64,000 bases of DNA. Source: Syntrophales bacterium (lineage in GTDB: Bacteria > Desulfobacterota > Syntrophia > Syntrophales > UBA2210). A model generated the notes under the pieces. It did not search any database and was not told the origin of the DNA. It saw only the letters and a list, made by a program, of their open reading frames with translations. The position numbers and the translations under genes are program-made. Positions 1-11,391 of this stretch are shown one piece after another (position 1 is the stretch's first letter; the number at the start of each line of letters is the position of its first letter). Location: assembly GCA_963662405.2 (NCBI GenBank), contig CAXXKT010000003.1, positions 352,001 through 416,000 of the forward strand. Direction: 5' to 3'.

Positions 1-2
1 CG

Positions 3-704
3 TCGGCCATCCGGATCCTCAACGAGTATCAACGGGCCGTCATCTTTCGATTGGGGAGGATCATTGCCACAAAGGGACCGGGTCTCATCATCCTGATACC
101 GATCATCGACAGGATGGTCAGGATCGACATGCGGACGATTACGATGGATATTCCCCCGCAGGACGTCATCACCCGGGACAACGTTTCGATCAAGGTCAAC
201 GCCGTCATCTATTTCCGGGTCATTAACGCGAACGCCGCCGTGATCGACGTGGAGAATTATCTCTATGCGACGTCGCAGCTCGCCCAGACGACCCTTCGGA
301 GCGTCTGTGGACAGATGGAACTGGACGAGATTCTTTCAGAGCGGGAGAAGATCAATCTCCAGCTCCAGGAAATTCTGGACCGGAGTACCGCACCCTGGGG
401 AATCAAGGTTTCTCACGTCGAGGTCAAGCAGATCGATCTGCCCGAGGAGATGAAACGGGCCATTGCCAAACAGGCTGAAGCGGAGAGAGAGCGGCGGGCA
501 AAGGTGATCAATGCGGAAGGGGAGTTTCAGGCCGCCCAGAAGCTGATCGAAGCGGCGGCGCTCATGGAAACACAGCCCATGTCACTACAGCTTCGCTATC
601 TTCAGACCTTGAACACGATCGCGGCAGAGAACAACTCCACGGTCCTCTTCCCCATCCCGATCGATCTGTTCAAACCATTCTTGAAGCTGGTCGAGAAGAG
701 CTGA
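3..704 (+). CDS. SPFH/stomatin (slipin) family protein, 5' end outside the window
   Basis: Frame open from the window edge ([19 protein letters not shown]); band-7 motifs [44 protein letters not shown]. Confidence 0.92.
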   Translation, partial: SAIRILNEYQRAVIFRLGRIIATKGPGLIILIPIIDRMVRIDMRTITMDIPPQDVITRDNVSIKVNAVIYFRVINANAAVIDVENYLYATSQLAQTTLRSVCGQMELDEILSEREKINLQLQEILDRSTAPWGIKVSHVEVKQIDLPEEMKRAIAKQAEAERERRAKVINAEGEFQAAQKLIEAAALMETQPMSLQLRYLQTLNTIAAENNSTVLFPIPIDLFKPFLKLVEKS

Positions 705-758
705 ATGCGCATGAAACTGGGAGGGATTGAGACTGTACCGTCCCATCACTCGATTGCC

Positions 759-784
759 CTAGTTCCCGACTAATCGGGAACTAG
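759..784. terminator. Perfect 11-bp stem-loop after the stomatin gene
   Basis: CTAGTTCCCGA-CTAA-TCGGGAACTAG followed by an A-run. Confidence 0.5.
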
Positions 785-804
785 ACAAAAAAGAGTGTGC
801 CAAG

Positions 805-912
805 ATGCCGGTAGAACGAATGAAGCTCGCGCCCGTTAACGTCTTTTATCCTCATCATGGCACAAAAAGACGCATACCTCTACGGAGAATTAGTGACTTA
901 CTCAATATATAA
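805..912 (+). pseudogene. Degenerate copy of the 5' end of the hsp20 gene
   Basis: MPVERMKLAPVN matches MRVERMKVAPVT at 2949, including the upstream GAGTGTG leader; diverges after about 14 codons. Confidence 0.6.
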
Positions 913-961
913 AGTTAGATAAGTGAAAACAAATTATATTAGTAAAAGGGGAGGTTGAAGA

Positions 962-1252
962 ATGAAAATCAAACCATTACATGACAGGGTGATTGTGAAG
1001 CGAATCGAAGAAGAGGGAAAGACCAAAGGGGGCATCATTATTCCTGATCACGCCAAAGAGAAGCCCATAGAAGGAATCGTCGTCGCCGTGGGTAAGGGAA
1101 AGACAGCAAAAGCCGGAAAATTAATCAAACCCGATGTTAAAACGGGTGATCGTATTCTTTTCGGAAAGTATTCTGGAACCGAAGTGAAGCTCGACGGTAG
1201 CGATCTTCTGATCATGCGTGAGGATGACATCCTTGGAATAATAGAGGAATGA
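962..1252 (+). CDS. groES: Co-chaperonin GroES
   Basis: [44 protein letters not shown]. Confidence 0.98.
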   Translation: MKIKPLHDRVIVKRIEEEGKTKGGIIIPDHAKEKPIEGIVVAVGKGKTAKAGKLIKPDVKTGDRILFGKYSGTEVKLDGSDLLIMREDDILGIIEE

Positions 1253-1290
1253 TCATTTGATTATACTGATTATATACGGAGGAACCATAA

Positions 1291-2907
<1,617 letters not shown>

Positions 2908-2948
2908 GTTACATTTGAAAAAATATGTTTTTAAAGGAGTGTGTCAAA

Positions 2949-3293
2949 ATGCGGGTAGAACGAATGAAGGTTGCCCCCGTTACAGTAGCTTATGCAGACG
3001 GGGAGAAGCACAAGCTAATAGTGGAATTCGCAATCCCAGGAGCACCAACGGAGACCATTGATGTCAAGATCCTCAAAGATAGTCTTTATTTATTGGCACC
3101 AGCAAGGGACATTGAATACGTTTCGGCACTGGCTTTGACTTGGCCGGTTAAACCTGACAAGGCCGAGGCGACATATGAGCACGGATTGCTCCGCATTGAG
3201 GTGCCTTTAAAAGATCCAATGGAAGATGCGGTGAAAGTTGCCATTAAGACAGGCCTGATTGAAACTAAGACCGAAAGGATTTCAGCTAAATGA
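2949..3293 (+). CDS. Hsp20/alpha-crystallin family small heat-shock protein
   Basis: IPG motif and AEATYEHGLLRIEVP alpha-crystallin signature; AAGGAG RBS before ATG 2949. Confidence 0.8.
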   Translation: MRVERMKVAPVTVAYADGEKHKLIVEFAIPGAPTETIDVKILKDSLYLLAPARDIEYVSALALTWPVKPDKAEATYEHGLLRIEVPLKDPMEDAVKVAIKTGLIETKTERISAK

Positions 3294-3617
3294 TCCGCTA
3301 ATGAGTTGGGGTTTTTAACAGAGGAAAAACAAAATTAATATTGAAGCCCTGTCTCATTGGTGATGAAGAACAATATCTTATAATCGACGAGATACAGCGA
3401 TACGCGTATTGAGTCTATTTTACTGGATGTTAACAAAAGGCTGATTATCGGGTCTTCGTGGTGATTTCCGCCCTTATAGGCCGGATCTTGAATGATGGAC
3501 TCCAGCACAAGACAAAACGGCATTCGCGGTTCAAGCCCTTAGTTCGTGAGAACGAAAAAATTCGGGTGAGAAATGCAAAATAACTTTTAGGTGAAGCTAT
3601 TCACAAAGGAGAACGCG

Positions 3618-4055
3618 ATGAGAACCAAAGTGGGTCTGTGGATTGACCATAGGAAGGCTATTGTAGTGACTGTCACGGACAAAGGGGAAGAAATAGGACT
3701 GATAATATCGGTGGTTGAAAAACAGCTCCGCCGTTCTGGCGATTCACCTCTCAAAGGTTCCTATGAATCACAACAGGTACCTGCGGATGATAGCCGTCAG
3801 AGAAATCTTTCGGGGCATCTCAACCTTTATTACGATGCGGTAATTACGGGCATTGGTGATGCGGAATCCATTCTGATATTTGGTCCTGGTGAGGCAAAAG
3901 GCGAACTGAAGAAACGTCTTGAAAAAAGCAAACTGGGTAAAAATATCGCAGGTATTGAGACAGTTGACAAGATGACGAATCGCCAAATTGCGGCGAAGGT
4001 TCGACAGCACTATTCGTTAATAGAGTCGAAACGTAATCACCTAACATGTGCTTAG
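3618..4055 (+). CDS. Host-attachment/baeRF-like (eRF1 middle-domain-like) protein
   Basis: GLWIDHRKA and ILIFGPGEAKGEL...ETVDKMT..QIAAKVR pattern; RBS AAGGAG. Confidence 0.6.
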   Translation: MRTKVGLWIDHRKAIVVTVTDKGEEIGLIISVVEKQLRRSGDSPLKGSYESQQVPADDSRQRNLSGHLNLYYDAVITGIGDAESILIFGPGEAKGELKKRLEKSKLGKNIAGIETVDKMTNRQIAAKVRQHYSLIESKRNHLTCA

Positions 4056-4598
4056 GGCGGAAGATCACGCAAAACTACAGGCACCCATAAAAGGACAGAG
4101 AATCGTGGGGCGAGTTCATGAGGAAAAGTCATTCATATGAAAAGATCGTTGGGGGTTAGATAATGAATTTCCATATGATGATCATTGAAAAGCTTTCGAC
4201 TTGCTTGGCTTCCACGCGGATCTTTCAGTCACAGATCAAAATGTCTTTGCCGTTGATGGAAATTAATACTATCTGGCTGTGGGCAATGGTTGCATTTAAA
4301 CTCTGCTATCGGAATGATGCTATTTGTTGTCACCTGGCTGACACTTTGGGCAAGGCAACTGGTAAAAAATGGATTTGACAGATTAGGCTATTATAATAAC
4401 AAAAAATCACGCTGATAAGAGTCTGACAGCGGGAAAAAGAAAAACGCAACGGGAGACAAGAAAGATAAGGAAAAGAGTTAGAAACAAAAATAAAAAACAA
4501 GTCTTGATAAGCACCCAACAGGAAAGCCTTGATAGAAATCACGGTAATGCGATTAAAAGCATTTTTTGTGGGACGTATCATCTGTGCAGAATGAATCT

Positions 4599-5119
4599 CC
4601 ACGCCCTTACGGACGTGGTATCTTATAATTCAAGCTCCGCTTGTCCTGTATCTTCTTCCCCCTGCATCTCAACATATTTCCGAATAATCTTCTCGTTAAT
4701 TCCAACTGTTGAGACGAAAAATCCTTTTCCCCATATTCCCCGCTTATCCCAATATATCTTACTCAAAAAACCAAATTTCGCCTTTAACGCTCCGCTCGTG
4801 TTTGCCTTGATGATATCCACCACTTCACTCACTGAATATCTCGGCGGTATCACCATGTGTATGTGAACATGATCAACATCAATCCCTATCGCTGTACTCC
4901 CACTCAGGATAATACTTCCGCACCTCGCGAAATTTGGTCTCCAAATACTGGCGAACTCCCTTGATAAGGATTTTTCGCCTAAATCTCGTGATCCACACTA
5001 TATGGTACTGCGTCCGGTAAACTGTATGTGCTGACTTCCTCAGTTTCATACAGCCTCTATATCAAAGTGCCCCCAGAAGATACAGGATACGGCTCTCACC
5101 CCCGCCCTCACGGACGGGG
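4599..5119 (-). mobile_element. IS200/IS605-family element (tnpA only) with subterminal hairpins
   Basis: Related hairpins CCACGCCCTTACGGACGTGG (4599-4618) and CCCCGCCCTCACGGACGGGG (5100-5119) flank a Y1 transposase. Confidence 0.8.
4623..5049 (-). pseudogene. tnpA: IS200-type Y1 (HUH) transposase, frameshifted near 4890
   Basis: MKLRKSAHTVYRTQYHIVWITRFRRKIL..., then a frame change to IGIDVDHVHIHMVIPP...WGKGFFVSTVG...YVEMQ; the 427-bp span is not a multiple of 3. Confidence 0.85.
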
Positions 5120-5168
5120 AACTCCCGCTAAATTAGAATTTTGTAACGACGCGTAAAAGGGAACAGAA

Positions 5169-5336
5169 ATGCTGCCATGTTAAAAGAAACCGCCGTTGGA
5201 AGATTTAAAGGATAAGGTCCGTGCACTATTTGCTCCTGTGGGCATAGAAAACAAGAAGGGCGCCTTGCCCCCCAAGACGCATTTCAGCATCTGGTATTTC
5301 CTGATTACCTTTCCATTAATTTTGGGACACTACTGA
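5169..5336 (+). pseudogene. Possible relic of an ftsH 5' end
   Basis: Reads ...KKGALPPKTHFSIWYFLITF, resembling deltaproteobacterial FtsH N-termini; in-frame stop at codon 5 and truncated. Confidence 0.35.
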
Positions 5337-5594
5337 TAATGAATGTCATCTTAATATTAGCATCTGGGTTGCCGGCCTGTAGCGCCTATGCCTCCAAACA
5401 AATAATCAACGAAAACTTTAAATACTCATAATATCAATAGATTGTAAGAATTGCGGACAGGCTGAAAATAATGAAAAGAGCTTGTTTTGTGTCCATGGGT
5501 GTATCCACGCATGTCTTTCCCATGAAACAAAAACCTATATCACTCCGCTAATCAAACAGAAGATCAAAACAATAACTCATCGGGCAGGTTTCTC

Positions 5595-6353
5595 ATGAAA
5601 CAGCATACCATTGCCATTATCAATCAGAAGGGAGGTGTCGGAAAGACCACCACCTCAATAAACCTTGGTCATGGCCTTGCCATGCTCGGGAAGAGAGTTC
5701 TTCTTATTGACCTTGACCCTCAGGCGCATTCAACCATTGTGCTTGCCATTGATCAGGATTTCCGCTCCGGAACGATTGGGGATGTGTTGCTACACAGGAA
5801 AGACATCCACAATATCGTTACCAAAACCTGCATTGACAATCTCGATCTGGCGCCATCAGGTATTGATCTCGATAAGACGGAACAACTGCTCGTGCCTGAG
5901 ATGTTCAGGGAAACACGGCTTTCCAAGGCTCTTTGCGGCCTGGATTACGAGTTTATCATCATTGATTGCCGTCCTACCTTGGGAATCTTGTCCATCAATG
6001 CCCTTTATGCAAGCAATACGGTGTTGATCCCCTGTGAGATGTCCCGCTTTTCTCTCGAAGGGTTTGCAGACCTTCTGAACACAATCAAGATCCTGAAGAA
6101 AGACGACTATGACAACAATCAATGCGGCATGAGGATTCTGTTATGTAAATTCGACTCCCGTAAAGCGATCGGCAATGAGTGGACCCTCAAACAGCTGGAG
6201 CCGTACCGGACCCTGCTGCTCAAAACCCGGATCAGACAATGCGAGGGCCTGAATCAGGCCCATATGGCCAAAGAATCCATCTTTACCTTCAAACCAAAAA
6301 GTCACGGTGCCGAAGACTACATGGATCTGGCCAGGGAGTTTATAGGCACATGA
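5595..6353 (+). CDS. parA: ParA/Soj partition ATPase
   Basis: Deviant Walker A NQKGGVGKTT, LIDLDPQ, IIIDCRP. Confidence 0.95.
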   Translation: MKQHTIAIINQKGGVGKTTTSINLGHGLAMLGKRVLLIDLDPQAHSTIVLAIDQDFRSGTIGDVLLHRKDIHNIVTKTCIDNLDLAPSGIDLDKTEQLLVPEMFRETRLSKALCGLDYEFIIIDCRPTLGILSINALYASNTVLIPCEMSRFSLEGFADLLNTIKILKKDDYDNNQCGMRILLCKFDSRKAIGNEWTLKQLEPYRTLLLKTRIRQCEGLNQAHMAKESIFTFKPKSHGAEDYMDLAREFIGT

Positions 6354-7219
6354 ACTCAGCCCGAAAGAAATTAAGCGACAACGCCACACGACTGGCGGAC
6401 ATGCCTGAAAAAGTAGGAGATCATCCAGCCATGCACAGGGATGACCCTGACGGAGGGTTCTTTTACGTTGATCTTTCATTGATCTCTATCGACCCGACCC
6501 AGCCGCGGAAACACTTCGATCCGGATTCACTCGCCAATCTCTGCGAGTCCATCAAAAGTAAGGGGGTTCTCCAGCCGGTAATCATCCGCAAAGACGCCGA
6601 TGACAGAATCTGGCTGGTTGCGGGAGAACGACGCTACAGGGCTGCATGTATGGCAGGACTTGATAGAATTCCGGCAATTCTTACTACGGGGAATCCTCAC
6701 GAAATCGCCCTTATCGAGAACCTGCAGCGCGAGGACCTGAAGCCGATCGAAGAAGCCGAGGCCCTGGAGCGTCTTGCCGCCGATTATCGATACACACACG
6801 AAGAACTCTCGACGATCATTGCCAAGGCCCGTTCCACCATCACGGAAATCCTCAGCCTGACCAGGCTTCCGGAAACAATAAAAGCAGAATGCCGCACGTC
6901 GAATACATATCCGCGCCGTCTTCTCGTAGAAATCGCCAAATGCAACAATGAAGACGATATGGTGCTCCTTTTCGAAAAGGTTAAAAAGGACGCGCTCAAG
7001 AGCTCCCAGCTCCGGCCGTTAACGAGAAGAACGCCTGACAGCCGGAAAGCCACTGCCGTTTACGCCATTATTCGAAAGGCGAAAAGTCTTTCCCGTACGT
7101 TTGATACCTTGAGTCTGGACATTGCCAGTGAAGAAGAGAAGGGGCAGTTACATGACGAGTTGATCAAGCTCGAACAGCGGCTCGCCGACATCCTTGCCAT
7201 TGTCGGCGCGCCGACATAA
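6350..7219 (+). CDS. parB: ParB/Spo0J partition protein
   Basis: QPRKHF, GVLQPVII, AGERRYRA, ENLQREDL..IEEA, HTH; ATG overlaps the parA stop. Confidence 0.95.
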   Translation: MNSARKKLSDNATRLADMPEKVGDHPAMHRDDPDGGFFYVDLSLISIDPTQPRKHFDPDSLANLCESIKSKGVLQPVIIRKDADDRIWLVAGERRYRAACMAGLDRIPAILTTGNPHEIALIENLQREDLKPIEEAEALERLAADYRYTHEELSTIIAKARSTITEILSLTRLPETIKAECRTSNTYPRRLLVEIAKCNNEDDMVLLFEKVKKDALKSSQLRPLTRRTPDSRKATAVYAIIRKAKSLSRTFDTLSLDIASEEEKGQLHDELIKLEQRLADILAIVGAPT

Positions 7220-7275
7220 GAAATGGTGCTATCGAGGTCATTGCAGGCACAACATCGTATCGGAAAATACTCGAT

Positions 7276-8202
7276 ATGAGCAAAACATCTTCTCCCAGAA
7301 CCAATATGCTTCCTCAACATGACATGGCCCTGCTTTCTACCATCGGTGAGTATCGGGTGGTGACCGTACGGCAATTGGCTGCCATCAGCGAACGAAGCTG
7401 CCAGGTTGTCCGACGCAGAATACGATCACTGGAAGATCAGGGGCTGATCATCAAAAAGCCTTTTGGCTATGGCAAGCATCAGGGGCGCCCCGAAGAAATC
7501 ATATATCTCTCAAGTAAGGGTATACATGTCTTGTCTGAACAGGGGCTTTTTTCGATGTCTATCAACTGTCGGCTGGATATCAGCAATCATCATATCGATC
7601 ATGAGCTGCTCGCCAACTGGTTTTACATCCACTGGAAATATATGGAGAGGGTTATCCCGCATCTGACGTTTACCTATGTATCATCGCAGACACCCTCGGC
7701 TGGACTCAGCAGTCTCCTGAGGATCTCAATTCCCGGAAATGAACCGGGCAGAAATCTGCTCATCATCCCGGATGGCATCCTTATAGTGAAAGACAAAGAA
7801 AAGGGCAAAGCGCTCCTGTTTTTTCTGGAAGTTGACATGGATAGTGAAACCATGTCCGGAAGAAAACAAAACACCAATACCATCCAGCATAAGATCCTGT
7901 GTTACCGGGAACTCTTCAGGCAGCGGCGCTACAAGAGTTTTGAAAAGACCTTTGACGCCACGTTGAACGGATTCCGAGTACTCTTTCTCGCCGCTACGGA
8001 CACCCGGGTGGCTTCCCTGTGTCGCTTTGTTCGAACGTTCCCCAATACGGACTTCATCTGGTTGGCCGATCAGTCGCAGATGTTCGAATGCGGCCTCTCA
8101 TCTAATATCTGGGTTCGAGGAGGAAAATACGAGGAACATCGAGAATCCATTCTCGGATCGAACCTTTCCATAGAAGCACCCCTCATGACGCATATCCGAT
8201 GA
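7276..8202 (+). CDS. Replication-relaxation family protein (wHTH plus PD-(D/E)xK-like domain)
   Basis: N-terminal wHTH, DHEL, IPDG, FFLEVD..SET and K...Y pattern of Replic_Relax proteins. Confidence 0.75.
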   Translation: MSKTSSPRTNMLPQHDMALLSTIGEYRVVTVRQLAAISERSCQVVRRRIRSLEDQGLIIKKPFGYGKHQGRPEEIIYLSSKGIHVLSEQGLFSMSINCRLDISNHHIDHELLANWFYIHWKYMERVIPHLTFTYVSSQTPSAGLSSLLRISIPGNEPGRNLLIIPDGILIVKDKEKGKALLFFLEVDMDSETMSGRKQNTNTIQHKILCYRELFRQRRYKSFEKTFDATLNGFRVLFLAATDTRVASLCRFVRTFPNTDFIWLADQSQMFECGLSSNIWVRGGKYEEHRESILGSNLSIEAPLMTHIR

Positions 8203-8440
8203 ATGTTTCTCGTATCGAGATTGAATATACCCGCCAATAGTACCTCTCAGCGCAAACGATATGCCCTCCAGGGGGTGTAACAAAAACATGGTCAGAGTGT
8301 AATAAAAGTGCTTCAATCCCCAATCATTATGGTATACCCAATCCGAGATTATCCTTCCGTATATCGGAGGGTTGCCACGTATAACAAAAGTCGACTAATG
8401 ATAAATATACTAAAACAATTCTCTGTCTGCCTCTCGTTAT

Positions 8441-8923
8441 TCAATAGCGTTTCCCTGAACGATGCCCATAGACGGATTTGTTTCCCCTTCTTTGATAAGG
8501 AACGGATTGCCGTTGCGACCAGTACGGTTTGGATTTGAGATTGTTGTAACGGCGAAGTGTGAACTTCTCCAGCTCATTCATGATGTACTTCTGCCAATCA
8601 TTACTGAAGGTCCAGGGGTACACAGGAATCACATCCATACCCATCTGTTCATAGGTGGAGAGTTTCATCCTTGTTCCTTCATCGTAGCTTTTCTTTCCGG
8701 TCATTCCAAAGTATTCAATGTATGATGCGAACTCAGGGAGATGGAAATCAGGATACCAGATACGTGTTTTTTCATATGGGGTTTGTACTAGAATTCCGGG
8801 TTCGTATTGGTAACGGATCGAGTTGTCATCCAGAAAGTAAGCGATTTTCCGTTCTCCTTCCGATTTGAAATGTACTCTGTTCGGGCTTAATACTCCTTCC
8901 AGACCATCACGCATATCATTCAC
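8441..8923 (-). CDS. PD-(D/E)xK-like endonuclease domain protein
   Basis: KSEGERKIAYFL...YQYEP...YPDFHL...IEYFG. Confidence 0.7.
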   Translation of the reverse strand: MNDMRDGLEGVLSPNRVHFKSEGERKIAYFLDDNSIRYQYEPGILVQTPYEKTRIWYPDFHLPEFASYIEYFGMTGKKSYDEGTRMKLSTYEQMGMDVIPVYPWTFSNDWQKYIMNELEKFTLRRYNNLKSKPYWSQRQSVPYQRRGNKSVYGHRSGKRY

Positions 8924-9301
8924 CGAGGCATCGAAACGGGAAGGATCCTTATAAATCCGAGCGACTACCTATACGTGACGAAAAAAAGCACATCAGACTT
9001 CTATGATCGTTCCATGGAATCTCCAAGAACACTGGATCAGCTGGGTTTCAAATGTTTTGATACGTATTGACCCCATACCGCCTAGTAAAGGGGATCGGCG
9101 TCGAGACGTGGCCCCAAAGCGTCGCTGCACGGGATCCCCACCCACCCTCCCCACGGGACAAGTGGGTTTTCTTCACGCCTAAAGCTTTAAAAAGGAGTTT
9201 GCTCCGGGCGCAAACTCCTCATTTTAAATCTTTCCCCCTTCGGGGTCGGCTAAAAACCGACTGATTGGATCCCTGGGAGCGGCACGGTTCTTCCGCAACG
9301 A

Positions 9302-9337
9302 GCTCACTCTCTGTTTCCCAACGAACAGAGAGTGAGC
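9302..9337. repeat. 14-bp stem hairpin, copy 1 of a repeated gene-leader motif
   Basis: GCTCACTCTCTGTT-N8-AACAGAGAGTGAGC, 25 nt before ATG 9363. Confidence 0.85.
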
Positions 9338-9362
9338 AAAGACTTACTCCACAGGTGTTACA

Positions 9363-9941
9363 ATGTATGGAAGACAGAAAGCAGCATATGAAAACAGCAT
9401 ACCGGTAGAAGAATTGCCGGTAAGAGCGGGCCTGACGGTCATCAGAACCAACGACCCGGACTTTGGCCTGAGCGAAGACGAAATCTCAGACAGAAACGAG
9501 TTCATTCACTGCTACCTTATGAGAGAATTTGAGCTCCTTGTCATGATCCCTTTCCCTAAGCCTGACAGCGATTTCTTTTTTCCCGATTGCTACGTTACGG
9601 ATGATGCCTACAGCGCGTTCAACACCGTAGACTTCGAGATGACCGTCAGGCCCTTTGATCGATATGGATACGCGATCAAGAAGATGATGGAGCGCGTAAA
9701 AGACCTGGCGATGCTGCATTCCGCTGTCTACCGCGCAGAAAGCAGGCAGAACCTTGCCCGGAGATTCGAGTTCTTTGTTGATTATGAGTTCCGAGATCCT
9801 TTGTTGCGCTACGTCGACCGGTTCAAATCGTCAGGGACCGAAGCACAGAAGGAACATTGCAAAAAGAAGATCGGCGAGATGAATCGCAGGATTCTCGAAG
9901 CAAAAAGAATATGGGAGCGTTACGCTCCCTGGGACACGTAA
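9363..9941 (+). CDS. Hypothetical protein (192 aa)
   Basis: Long ORF with AGGTG RBS; no family recognised. Confidence 0.7.
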   Translation: MYGRQKAAYENSIPVEELPVRAGLTVIRTNDPDFGLSEDEISDRNEFIHCYLMREFELLVMIPFPKPDSDFFFPDCYVTDDAYSAFNTVDFEMTVRPFDRYGYAIKKMMERVKDLAMLHSAVYRAESRQNLARRFEFFVDYEFRDPLLRYVDRFKSSGTEAQKEHCKKKIGEMNRRILEAKRIWERYAPWDT

Positions 9942-10029
9942 GCATTTTCCAAGTGGAACTTTCCTGTCCCGGGGCAGGGGAAACGGCTCTCTTTAAATAA
10001 TTTTCGCTTCTATTCTCCCTCCCCACAGA

Positions 10030-10060
10030 TCACTCTCTGTTTTCATCGAACAGAGAGTGA
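10030..10060. repeat. 12-bp stem hairpin, copy 2 of the gene-leader motif
   Basis: TCACTCTCTGTT-N7-AACAGAGAGTGA, about 30 nt before ATG 10092. Confidence 0.85.
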
Positions 10061-10091
10061 GTGTAAGAACTTTCTCTAGGAGGTGAATGTA

Positions 10092-10319
10092 ATGGCAGAC
10101 ATCAAAGCATCGGATGAATTCAAAGTAACAGGGCCTCAGATGCTTCCCGTGGTAACCTTGAGTGATGGAAAAACCTATTTTATAGACGCACGACTGCATC
10201 AACTTCGAAATGTCAACAATCCCTCTGATTTCATTGCTGACTACATGAATGTCCTTAACGATATTGACAAGGTCAGGGTGAATCGTTGTAAGCGGCAGCT
10301 TGCAGTGTTGGGCACTTGA
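10092..10319 (+). CDS. Small hypothetical protein
   Basis: AGGAGGTG RBS; GKTYFIDARLHQLRNVNNP. Confidence 0.65.
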   Translation: MADIKASDEFKVTGPQMLPVVTLSDGKTYFIDARLHQLRNVNNPSDFIADYMNVLNDIDKVRVNRCKRQLAVLGT

Positions 10320-10445
10320 GATCATGATTTGAAAATGTGCTCCCTATTTTTCTCAATACGATAGTGGCTTTAAAATGATTTTCATTCCATAAGGGATCTA
10401 TTCAAATAGAATCCCTTATGGGAAAACTGAAACGAGGTGAAAGAC

Positions 10446-10712
10446 ATGGCAAAACCAGAGAAGAGTTTTAGATGCGGCGGTTGCGAAACGGCAATCTTCG
10501 GAAACGAGATTTTCAAGGGAGGGAAAACCGTGATCATTAAAAAGGTTGCCTTCCAGAAGCGGTACAAAAATGCCGAAGGAGAATGGAAATCTACCAACAG
10601 TCTTGATGTGAACGAAATACCCAAAGCCATTTTGGCTTTATACAAGGCCTATGAGTACGTATGCTCCTACAATGGCGGCGACAGTGAAAGAGACAGCACT
10701 TGTGGGGAATAG
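10446..10712 (+). CDS. Small putative ssDNA-binding (PC4/SSB-like) protein
   Basis: GAGGTG RBS; FQKRYKNAEGEWKSTNSL followed by a C-terminal helix; function inferred. Confidence 0.5.
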   Translation: MAKPEKSFRCGGCETAIFGNEIFKGGKTVIIKKVAFQKRYKNAEGEWKSTNSLDVNEIPKAILALYKAYEYVCSYNGGDSERDSTCGE

Positions 10713-10875
10713 ATCGATTGTCTTTTTTTATGTTGTTGTTCAATTCGACTTAGCTGGCAACGGGTCATCTCAGAAAAAATGGGAGGGAGTAGTTTAATGC
10801 CGTCCTTACCGGACAGAAAGGAGGCCAAGACACTTAGGAATGACATTCGACGACCATAGCACATCTCATTTCATA

Positions 10876-11391
10876 TCACTCCGTAAATTCTACTTTTACC
10901 CCTTTGAGATGTGTCTGCTGTTCATCGCGATCTTTTTCACCTTCCGATCGCTCATTTTCCTGCTCGTCCCGCAACCTGTCAACAGCTTCTTTCCCTTGTT
11001 CTGCTGCCACTTTCGAATTTTCTAATTCTCCTTGGGCGGTATCGGTGGTCAGTTTTCTGCGATCGATACGATCTATATCTTCTGCCACACCATCACTTCT
11101 TTCTTCAAGCTCTTGCTCATGTTCTTTTTGGGGAGTAAACACATTTTCAATGGCATCTTCATTCTGTTCTTCAAATCGATCATCAGTAGCTTCTCCTGCT
11201 GACGTGACATTATGCCTGATTTGCTCTCCTGCTTCCGAAAATCCCGGAAACTCCAGTTCTGAGGCAAGTTCGCTTATAGATTCCTTATCTTCAACGGTCA
11301 GATCTCTTTCATTTTTTTTGATATCACGCATTTCCTTGTACGTATCTTTCCGCTCTCGCGCTTCCCTTTCCTCTATCTCTTTCAGGGTCAT
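10876..11391 (-). CDS. Acidic coiled-coil protein
   Basis: 171-aa E/D/R/K-rich helical ORF; start overlaps the ATPase stop. Confidence 0.75.
   Translation of the reverse strand: MTLKEIEEREARERKDTYKEMRDIKKNERDLTVEDKESISELASELEFPGFSEAGEQIRHNVTSAGEATDDRFEEQNEDAIENVFTPQKEHEQELEERSDGVAEDIDRIDRRKLTTDTAQGELENSKVAAEQGKEAVDRLRDEQENERSEGEKDRDEQQTHLKGVKVEFTE

Noticed and set aside
5362..5388. Minus-strand GGCGCTACAGGCCGGCAACCC resembles the 3' end of RNase P RNA, a possible att site
   Set aside because: Too short, the preceding ACAGAACCCGGCTTA consensus is absent, and no second copy was found in the window.
6179..6349. Extended N-terminus of ParB in the ORF track
   Set aside because: Overlaps parA; ATG 6350 coupled to the parA stop is the more plausible start.
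9944..9959. ATTTTCCAAGTGGAAC, similar to the ORB-like box
   Set aside because: It has an extra base in the core, is isolated and lies 16 kb from cdc6; may be chance.
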